64,000 nt of DNA, from positions 22,232 through 86,231 of IMG/VR virus record IMGVR_UViG_3300048924_000203; one strand, given 5' to 3'. The notes beneath the pieces are model-generated. The model searched no databases. It saw only the letters and a program-made list of their open reading frames with translations, and was not told where the DNA came from. The translations under genes were made by a program, and so were the position numbers. Below, one piece after another: positions 56,777 to 64,000 of this stretch. This DNA is from a virus (lineage: Duplodnaviria > Heunggongvirae > Uroviricota > Caudoviricetes). Each line of letters starts with the position of its first letter. Position 1 is the first letter of the stretch.

Positions 56777-58930
56777 TCAGAGTGCGAGCAGTGACCGGAT
56801 GAGGTCACGATCGACCGCAGCGGCCGGGTCCTGCTGCTGCCGGAACGCTTCCGCGGCGATGATCGCCATGTCCCCGTACGTCAGCCGGTCCACGCCGATC
56901 TCCGCGGCGATCGCATCAGCGATGGTGCCGCCCAACGAGATCGAGTGCCCCGCAGCCTGCGACCCGTTGGAGGTGTCGACCCAGATCGCCTCACGGCTGA
57001 CCAGATCGACCACCATCGGTGCCACCAGAGTGGCGTCGCAGCTGGACTGGAACGCCGTCGCCACCGTGCGTGGATCGAACTGCTGGCCGGCGTCCCCGTT
57101 CGAGCGGAGCATCGCGCCGGCCAGGTTGTCCACCTTCGACAGGTGCTGACCCGAGAACGAGTTCACCGTCATCGCCACGTACCGCGCCTGCGGGTACATC
57201 CGGAGCGCTGCCGCCATGTCGATGTCGATGAACTCTGCGGCGCCGTGCGGCGGCGGGGCGTCCGTGAGGTCACCGGAGAACGTCGCGAAGTGCCGGTTGC
57301 CGCCATATGAGCGGTAGTCAACGGTCGTGACCTGGCGGAAGTCCTTGTCCAGCAACAGTGCTCCGAGGTCGAGATCGACCCGGCCGTGGCCGTTGTGCCA
57401 GTGCACGAACAGCCGCAGCACACCGTGGTCTCCGCCGATCACGAACCGCTCGCCACGCTCGATCGATCGGTCCGTCGACGAAGCGTCCCGGTTGATCGTG
57501 GAGATCGCGGCCGTGTCGGCGGTGCCGATCACGAGCTCGGCCGGCACCAGCTCGCTGCCGAGCCCGCGCAGTCGGGATGCGAGAGCGCCGCGCACTGCGA
57601 GCTGCAGCAGCACCGCGTCCGCCGCCGACACGACGCTCCGCTGCTCCCGCACGAAGTTCGCCCGGCCAGTGACACGCTGCACCGTCGCCCGGCCCGCAGC
57701 GACCGCAGCCAGCCCGTTGTACGCCGCCACGAGCTGTGTGGCCCGGGCCCGCATCCCGTGATGCTCCACCGCGTCACGCAGGTATCCGAGGTCGCCATCC
57801 AGCGTCGCGAGATGCACGAGCCGCGCTACCAGCTGACCCGGCCGCTGCACCAGCAGGTCCACCGCCGTCCCGAGATGCCCGGCCTCGAACGCCGCCTCCA
57901 TCAGCGACGCGAACGTACGGTACTCGATGTTCGAGTGGATGATGTCCAGCGCACGCCGCTCAGCGTCGGTGGACGCGAACTCGAACGGGTGCACGTACCG
58001 CATCACCCGGCGCCACAGGTTGCGGCGCGTGGCCAGGGTGTCCGCACGGTAGCCCTCGGTGAGCTCGCCGAGGCGCTTCACCAGCAGATGCCGGATCGGC
58101 TTCGGCACCGACCGGACCCGGACCGAGCGGTACGCCGAATCAGCCAGTGCCCGCACCGCACGGTCATGCTCCTGGGCGAGGTCCTCGCGGAGCGGCTCGG
58201 TGTACAGCGTCAGGACAGCGCGGAGAAGGTCGTCGGCGCCCTCTGCCGTGTGCAGCGCGGCGGCGGGCACATTCTCGGTGGACCCGCCGGCACTGGCCAG
58301 CGCTTCGATCACGGTCTGCCAGTTCTCCCGGTTGCGCACGCCCGACACGTCAACGCCGAAATCGGGCCGCCGCTCTGCTCCGTATGAGATGGCCGCGGTG
58401 ACGAACTCGCGGTCGTCGGGGGAGAGTGCGACCGGCCGCCGGATCAGGTCCAGTGCCATGTCGAGCAGCCCGTACCCGTCGGCCACACGGAGGGGCTTCG
58501 ATGACACCAACAGGTCCGCCAACGGCAAGTCCGGCCGGACCTTCACCGACCGGTCCACCATGGCGAACCGGTCAAGCTCCTTGCCCGACGGGTCGAACGC
58601 CACCGACAGGTAGTAGACGATCTGGTCGACGAACAGCTGCAGCGTCGACAAGTCCCGGACCTGCTCCGGAAACCCCGGATACACGGGCAGGTACGTCCGG
58701 TCCGCGCCGGACACCTTCCGCGCCGCGGCCAGGATCGCCCGCATATCCAACTCGGAGAGCCCCTGCAGCTCTGCAGGGTTGGTGAGGTAGCCGAGGTTCA
58801 GCAGCTCGACCGCCACCACGTCTCCGCCGTGCTCGATCGGCTCGTCGCTGGCGTGCAGGCGTGCGGCGATTCCCCGGCGCAGCGCGGACTCAGTGAGCGC
58901 CTGCGAGTGGGTCGTGAGCGTCGTGGTCAT
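56777..58930 (-). CDS. large TerD-domain-containing protein (717 aa)
   Basis: Reverse-strand ORF starting MTTTL after GGAGACA; C-terminal block VHWHNGHGRVDLDLGALLLDKD...FSGDLTDA...EFIDIDM matches the TerD signature. Confidence 0.65.
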   Translation of the reverse strand: MTTTLTTHSQALTESALRRGIAARLHASDEPIEHGGDVVAVELLNLGYLTNPAELQGLSELDMRAILAAARKVSGADRTYLPVYPGFPEQVRDLSTLQLFVDQIVYYLSVAFDPSGKELDRFAMVDRSVKVRPDLPLADLLVSSKPLRVADGYGLLDMALDLIRRPVALSPDDREFVTAAISYGAERRPDFGVDVSGVRNRENWQTVIEALASAGGSTENVPAAALHTAEGADDLLRAVLTLYTEPLREDLAQEHDRAVRALADSAYRSVRVRSVPKPIRHLLVKRLGELTEGYRADTLATRRNLWRRVMRYVHPFEFASTDAERRALDIIHSNIEYRTFASLMEAAFEAGHLGTAVDLLVQRPGQLVARLVHLATLDGDLGYLRDAVEHHGMRARATQLVAAYNGLAAVAAGRATVQRVTGRANFVREQRSVVSAADAVLLQLAVRGALASRLRGLGSELVPAELVIGTADTAAISTINRDASSTDRSIERGERFVIGGDHGVLRLFVHWHNGHGRVDLDLGALLLDKDFRQVTTVDYRSYGGNRHFATFSGDLTDAPPPHGAAEFIDIDMAAALRMYPQARYVAMTVNSFSGQHLSKVDNLAGAMLRSNGDAGQQFDPRTVATAFQSSCDATLVAPMVVDLVSREAIWVDTSNGSQAAGHSISLGGTIADAIAAEIGVDRLTYGDMAIIAAEAFRQQQDPAAAVDRDLIRSLLAL

Positions 58931-59261
58931 GGCGTGTGTCTCCGTTCGTGGAACGTGTGCACACCACGGAGACCGTCGAGCGGAGCAGTGCCTGAACAGG
59001 TTCTGCTCCGCTCGGGGAGTGTGCACGGTGGAAAGGTGTGACGGCTGGGTTCATTAAGAGTGAAGAGCCACCACTATGGCCCCCGTGCAGTAGCAACGGT
59101 AGCAGTCGGGTGCGACGGCACCTCAGCCATTTTCCGGGCGCGCCGACGCGCCGCCGACTGATCCATCCGCACCGGCCTGCTGCCATTTCAGGGCGGATGC
59201 ACCCCGCATTCATAGCGTCAGCCACAACCTTGGACCCCGACGCTATGAGGAGCCGGCCGTC

Positions 59262-60335
59262 ATGGCTATGTACACACTGATCAAGGGCAACCGCCTGCGA
59301 CTCACCAAGGTCAACTCGTGCGGTAAGCCGGTCGCCGGCCCCGCCAACTACCTCGTCACCGACGGCTTCGTCCGTCTCAGCATCGATCCTCAGATGAAGG
59401 AACGTAAGGAGATCGAGCAGGAGAACGCCGAAGGCAAGGTGTGCTTCACCGACACGACGCCCGCGGTACGCAAGTACCACAACGTCAAGTTGGAAATGTG
59501 CAACATCAACACCCACGCGATCACGCTGCTGAACGGCTGGCCGCAGGTCCTGGACTACGCGGATGTGCCGATCGGCTTCGAGGACCTGCCCGACGTTGAC
59601 GGCGACTACGGCGTCATGGTCGAGGTGTGGACCACGGGCCGCTCCGACGAGGACTGCGCGATCCCGCTGACCGACGACGACCTCGCTGACACCGGGTCAG
59701 GCAAGAAGTACGGCTACCTGGCCATCGCCGCGAAGGAATGGGTCCTCGACGGCGGCCTGTCGGTCCAGGCAGACATCTCGACCGTCAACTTCACCGGCAT
59801 CAGCCTCCCGCCGACCGGCTGGGGCCGCGGCCCGTGGAACGTCATGGAGACCGACGCCCTCGGCACCCCGGGTCGTCTGCTGACACCAATGGGCCGCAAC
59901 AAGTCGCACTACCGGTCGTTCCGCACCGGCATCGAGCCGCCCGCCATCACTCCCGGCGACGGCCTGTGCGAGCTGGCGATCGACACGATCTTCACCGCCC
60001 CGGACTTCTACTACGGCGGCACCGCCGGCGCCCCGGCGGCGGATGTCGCTCCGGCGCAGCCGATCTGCGGCGGCAAGAAGTACTCGGTGGTGGTCACCGG
60101 TACCGGCAACTTCAGCCTGAAGGTCGGCACGCCGGACACGGCGCCGATCGCGGTCGGCGCGCTGAAGGGTGCGGTGGAGTCGGCGATCGTTGCCCTGTCC
60201 AACGTCGCCCCGGGCCAGGTGCAGGTGTCCGGTACCGCCGGCAACTACACCGTGACGCTCGACCCGTCGCTGCCGGCGCTGACCGCTGGTGCCACGGTGC
60301 CCACCGGCGGCACCGCGACCGTGACAGCGCTCTGA
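59262..60335 (+). CDS. hypothetical structural protein with C-terminal Ig-like domain
   Basis: ORF track; C-terminal 90 aa resemble the capsid C-terminus. Confidence 0.6.
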   Translation: MAMYTLIKGNRLRLTKVNSCGKPVAGPANYLVTDGFVRLSIDPQMKERKEIEQENAEGKVCFTDTTPAVRKYHNVKLEMCNINTHAITLLNGWPQVLDYADVPIGFEDLPDVDGDYGVMVEVWTTGRSDEDCAIPLTDDDLADTGSGKKYGYLAIAAKEWVLDGGLSVQADISTVNFTGISLPPTGWGRGPWNVMETDALGTPGRLLTPMGRNKSHYRSFRTGIEPPAITPGDGLCELAIDTIFTAPDFYYGGTAGAPAADVAPAQPICGGKKYSVVVTGTGNFSLKVGTPDTAPIAVGALKGAVESAIVALSNVAPGQVQVSGTAGNYTVTLDPSLPALTAGATVPTGGTATVTAL

Positions 60336-60431
60336 CCGGACCTGGAAGTGGTGAAGGTGGCACCTCCCCTGGAGGTGCCACCTCCACAGGCCCGACAACC
60401 TTTCCCGGCAGCTGAGTAGGGGAGTGCGGTC

Positions 60432-61817
60432 ATGGATTTCGTGCCTACGGTCTTTCACGACGATGCACCTCCCGGCGTCTCGGCCAGCGAGCTGGCCAAG
60501 GTCAACGCGGGCGTCGTTGAGGGCATCACTAAAGCTGAGGCGGCGAAGTCGATCGCCGACGCTGCAGCGGTCGCTCCTCAAATGATTGCGGCGACCTGGG
60601 CCGAAACCACCGACAAGCAGGCTGCCCCCGTACGACCGGGCCTTGTAGCTATCGGTGACTCATTCATCGGCCTCACGTACATCACGACTCCGTGGAATGG
60701 GTCCAGCCTGAGCCGTACTGCGGTCTATTACAGCGGTGGGTACCTCGCCACGGCGATGATCTGGACACGTCAGCCGTGCACCTTCATTCCGAAGGGCGTA
60801 TCGGGAGAATCTGCAGCCACCGGGCTGACGCGATTCGACGCTGACGTTGTGGCGAAGCATCCACACGTGGTGTTGATCAACTACGGATCAAACGACATGG
60901 CCCTGAGTCGCACAGCTGCGGATACGTTCGCGGATATGCGGGCCATGTACGCAAAGGCGTGGAGGATTGGGGCGAAAGTCATCGCGACGACGTGCCCGCC
61001 TCGCAACTCGTTCACTTCGACCCAGATGAAAGAAGCCTGCAAGCTCAACACGCTGATGCGGAATTACGCCGCGACCAATCCACAGGACTTTTACCTGGTC
61101 GATCTGTGGCGTGCTCTGGCTGATCCGGCCACCGGAAACTACATCGCGGCCTACACAGCCGATGGTATTCATCCGAACGCCGCTGGTGCATGGCGGCTGG
61201 CCAAGGAGTTCGACAGCGCATTCGGGCGGTTCTTCATGAACCCAACCACCAACCTGGCCCGCTGCAACATCAACGATGACAACCTGCTGGTAAACCCGAT
61301 GTTCATCACCTCAGGCGGCAGCCTCCTGACCGCTGGAATAACTGGCACCGTGGGATCCGGTTGGGCAGCGTTTTCAGACGACGCTGCAACGGTGGTGGCC
61401 AACGTATCGCTAGTCGCTCGCGCCGACGGCCTGGGAAACTGGCAGCAGGTGAATGTCACATCCGATCCGACACCAACGAAGTGCGCTCATTTCCTACAAA
61501 GCATCGCGACAGGATTCGCCGCTGGCGATCTGGTGCAGGCGTGGGTCGAGTTCGAGACCGACTCCGCAGGCTGGACCAACGGATCGGTAGAGATGTTCCT
61601 GATGTGTCAGGACGGGAGCGGGAATCTGCTGCATTTCACTCGAAGCCTCAGCCCCGACACGTCCGTACTTGGGGTTCGCCCAGAGTCAGGGGTGCAGGCC
61701 ACTCCGCCGGTCGTCGTGCCGGCTGGTACCACCCAGATCACGTGCCGACTCAGTAAGGGTGGCACCGGCACCGTGCGATTCGGGCGAGTGTCCATCCGGA
61801 AACTGCCTACGTCGTAG
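60432..61817 (+). CDS. SGNH/GDSL hydrolase with C-terminal beta-sandwich domain
   Basis: GDS block AIGDSF; GSND; DGIHPN; AT-richer codons than neighbours. Confidence 0.75.
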   Translation: MDFVPTVFHDDAPPGVSASELAKVNAGVVEGITKAEAAKSIADAAAVAPQMIAATWAETTDKQAAPVRPGLVAIGDSFIGLTYITTPWNGSSLSRTAVYYSGGYLATAMIWTRQPCTFIPKGVSGESAATGLTRFDADVVAKHPHVVLINYGSNDMALSRTAADTFADMRAMYAKAWRIGAKVIATTCPPRNSFTSTQMKEACKLNTLMRNYAATNPQDFYLVDLWRALADPATGNYIAAYTADGIHPNAAGAWRLAKEFDSAFGRFFMNPTTNLARCNINDDNLLVNPMFITSGGSLLTAGITGTVGSGWAAFSDDAATVVANVSLVARADGLGNWQQVNVTSDPTPTKCAHFLQSIATGFAAGDLVQAWVEFETDSAGWTNGSVEMFLMCQDGSGNLLHFTRSLSPDTSVLGVRPESGVQATPPVVVPAGTTQITCRLSKGGTGTVRFGRVSIRKLPTS

Positions 61818-61871
61818 CCGGTTTCAATCTGCAGCCTGGCCAGAGCACCCGGCGTCGTTACCGTCACCCGC

Positions 61872-62636
61872 ATGTCCTGCGACTGGCCGATCGACCGTGG
61901 TTGCCTTCCGCCACTGCCTGAGCTGTCGGACCCGCCGACCCCCGAAGAGCAGGCCGCCTACGACCGTGCCCGCGCGCAGCAATACGCCGCCGAAGACCTC
62001 GCGGTCTCGGTCATGTGGGCGCTCTCCGGCCGCCAGTTCGGCGTCTGCCCTGTGATCACCCGCCCGTGCCCGCCACAACGGAACTGGGACCGCTACAACT
62101 ACGACTGGCCGACCACCGCGTTCTACGGCCTGTCCGAGCTCGACCGCTACCTGCTCGCGTCGGGCTGCGGCTGCGCCGGGTCCTGCAGCCAGGGCGGCCC
62201 CGCGATGCTGCACCTGCCCGGCCCTGCCCAGTCCGTCACCAAAGTCACCATCAACGGCACCGTGCTCGACCCCGCCGAGTACCGGCTGGAAGGCGACATC
62301 CTGTACCGGCTCGGCGGGGTCTGGCCGTCGCAGAACCTCGGCCTCCCCGCCGGCGAGAACGGCACCTGGACCGTCGAATACCTGCAGGGCACCCCGCCGC
62401 CCGCTGGCACAGCGAAACTCGTCGGCCTGCTCGCGAACGAGTTCCTGGCTGCCTGCAACGGCGGGAAGTGCCGACTCCCGAGGAACGTCACCAACGTGCA
62501 GCGGCAGGGTGTCTCGTTCGACATGTTCAACCCGAACGACATCTACGACTCCGGCAAGACCGGCCTCGCAGAGGTCGACATGTGGCTGGCTGCGGTCAAC
62601 CCGAATCACCTGGCGTGCGCGCCGGAGGTCCTGTGA
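61872..62636 (+). CDS. head-to-tail adaptor/connector protein
   Basis: MSCDWPID N-terminus; position before the gp10-like gene. Confidence 0.55.
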   Translation: MSCDWPIDRGCLPPLPELSDPPTPEEQAAYDRARAQQYAAEDLAVSVMWALSGRQFGVCPVITRPCPPQRNWDRYNYDWPTTAFYGLSELDRYLLASGCGCAGSCSQGGPAMLHLPGPAQSVTKVTINGTVLDPAEYRLEGDILYRLGGVWPSQNLGLPAGENGTWTVEYLQGTPPPAGTAKLVGLLANEFLAACNGGKCRLPRNVTNVQRQGVSFDMFNPNDIYDSGKTGLAEVDMWLAAVNPNHLACAPEVL

Positions 62637-63157
62637 TGGCCGCGGTGTGTACGGATCCGGCGTCGGAGGTCATCAACGCGCTGATCGTTGCGCTGCGGGA
62701 CGCGTTCGACCCAGCGGGGCCCTGCCCGATCGACAGCACGGCGACTCCGACTGTGCGGTTCTTCGCCGGCGACACAGAACCGCCGGCGGCCTGGAACGCG
62801 CACGCCCAAACCGCCGGGTGCGATGAGCCGCTCCTGTGGGTCCGAGTAGTGAAGCGGTACCGGTCTGATCGATTCCCCGATCAGACGACCGTTGTGGATG
62901 ACTGCAAAACGATGCGAGTGGTCGTGGTGGAGGTGGGTATCGCCAGGTGCGCGGTGGTGGACGCGGACCCATCGTGGGACGACTACGCCACTGAAGCTGA
63001 AGTGTCCCTGGACGATTCGCGGCGCATCGAGAAAGCGCTGTGTGCGGCCGTCACTGCACTTAGGCAGGACCATCGGGCTGGTTACGAGAGCATCCTGCCG
63101 TTCGGCCCCGAGGGCGGCATCCTCGGCTGGACCGCGCAGGTCCTCGCGAGTTTCTGA
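62636..63157 (+). CDS. head-tail connector/stopper-like protein
   Basis: TGATG start in ORF 62015..63157. Confidence 0.5.
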   Translation: MAAVCTDPASEVINALIVALRDAFDPAGPCPIDSTATPTVRFFAGDTEPPAAWNAHAQTAGCDEPLLWVRVVKRYRSDRFPDQTTVVDDCKTMRVVVVEVGIARCAVVDADPSWDDYATEAEVSLDDSRRIEKALCAAVTALRQDHRAGYESILPFGPEGGILGWTAQVLASF

Positions 63158-63172
63158 GAAAGGAAGAACGCT

Positions 63173-63520
63173 ATGGCAACAAAGGTGACGATCGAAGGCT
63201 CGCGCATCACCCCGACGGACAAGCTGCCTCGCGGTGTGCGGACCACCGTGGAGCTGACACCGTCAGTGCAGGAGTTCATCAACCGAGGGTTCGCGGTGGA
63301 GATCAGCCGCCAGGAGCTGCCCGACGAACAACCCGTCGAGGTGCCCGATGGCGACCAGACGGGCGATTCGGATGCTGATGAGGCACCGGGCGCAGGGGAG
63401 GCCGACGACTACCCGGCGGCAGCACCTGACCAGGAAGCCGACGCCAAGCCGAATGATGAGTCGGCCGAGAAGCCCAGCCGCGGGCGCCGACCGAAGACGA
63501 CTGAACCGCCCGAGGAGTAG
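63173..63520 (+). CDS. acidic hypothetical protein
   Basis: Ribosome binding site AAAGGAAG. Confidence 0.5.
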   Translation: MATKVTIEGSRITPTDKLPRGVRTTVELTPSVQEFINRGFAVEISRQELPDEQPVEVPDGDQTGDSDADEAPGAGEADDYPAAAPDQEADAKPNDESAEKPSRGRRPKTTEPPEE

Positions 63521-63522
63521 CC

Positions 63523-63954
63523 GTGGCCGGCATCCAAATCACGTCGGTCAGCTTCGAGGTCAACGAGGTAGGCCTGCAGGAGCAGACGCGCCCGATCCTC
63601 CGCACAAGGCACTCATCGCTGACACGGCGGACTGAAGCCCAAGCGAAGATCAACGTCCCGGTCCGGACCGGGCATCTTGGCCGCTCGATCCGCGAAGACC
63701 CGCAGGTGTGGAAGGGCCCGTTCCACGTGTCCGGCGGCGTCACCGCACACGCAGAGTATGCCGCCGCGGTCCACAACGGCCGCAACGGAAACGGGCGGTT
63801 TATCTACCCGCGCAACGGGACGACGCTCAAATTCACCGGCCGTGACGGACGGACGGTGTTCGCACCTCGTGTGCGGATGGGATCCACCAAGCCTCGGCCG
63901 TTCCTGCTGAACGCTGCCCGTCAGGCCGTCGCATCTGACCCGTACATCAGCTGA
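63523..63954 (+). CDS. HK97 gp10-like head-tail joining protein
   Basis: AAVHNG motif; GTG start. Confidence 0.6.
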   Translation: MAGIQITSVSFEVNEVGLQEQTRPILRTRHSSLTRRTEAQAKINVPVRTGHLGRSIREDPQVWKGPFHVSGGVTAHAEYAAAVHNGRNGNGRFIYPRNGTTLKFTGRDGRTVFAPRVRMGSTKPRPFLLNAARQAVASDPYIS

Positions 63955-64000
63955 CCTGGGAATGCCTGCGACTGCAACCAACTGGCCCGTAAGCTCACGC

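Noticed and set aside
1-64000. CRISPR arrays, integrase, tRNA, lysis cassette
   Set aside because: No regularly spaced repeats and no tyrosine or serine recombinase motifs were found; lysis and tail genes presumably lie beyond the window.

Overview
High-GC (about 65%) double-stranded DNA phage or prophage segment of actinobacterial type, siphovirus-like with an HK97-fold capsid gene; host is most likely an actinobacterium, but I could not place it more precisely. Nearly every gene is on the + strand, and genes are packed with ATGA/GTGA/TGATG stop-start overlaps. Gene order: a DNA-modification block (cytosine-5 methyltransferase, Dam-type adenine methyltransferase, many tiny ORFs, HTH regulators); a possible third, divergent methyltransferase-like gene paired with a ParB-like gene; a DUF932 gene; an XRE regulator, an excisionase-like HTH and the terminase large subunit; about 14 kb of small ORFs that includes an SPFH/band-7 gene as a separate transcription unit; an accessory island with two reverse-strand genes and a BCS1-type AAA+ ATPase; portal; MuF/protease-like fusion; an ADP-ribosyltransferase-like gene; scaffold-fused major capsid protein; a reverse-strand TerD-domain gene; an SGNH hydrolase; head-tail connector genes. 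No tRNA, CRISPR array, integrase, polymerase, lysis or tail genes were seen, so the genome extends beyond this window. The non-obvious features are: a five-copy promoter-plus-structured-leader repeat; a thrice-repeated 12-mer GCCCCTTGCATA with SAS-like ribosome binding sites; the reverse-strand accessory genes (BCS1-like ATPase island, TerD-domain protein); internal duplications in the structural proteins; and a shift in third-position codon choice between early and structural genes. All functional calls rest on motifs read by eye, and coordinates I derived myself may be off by a few bases.
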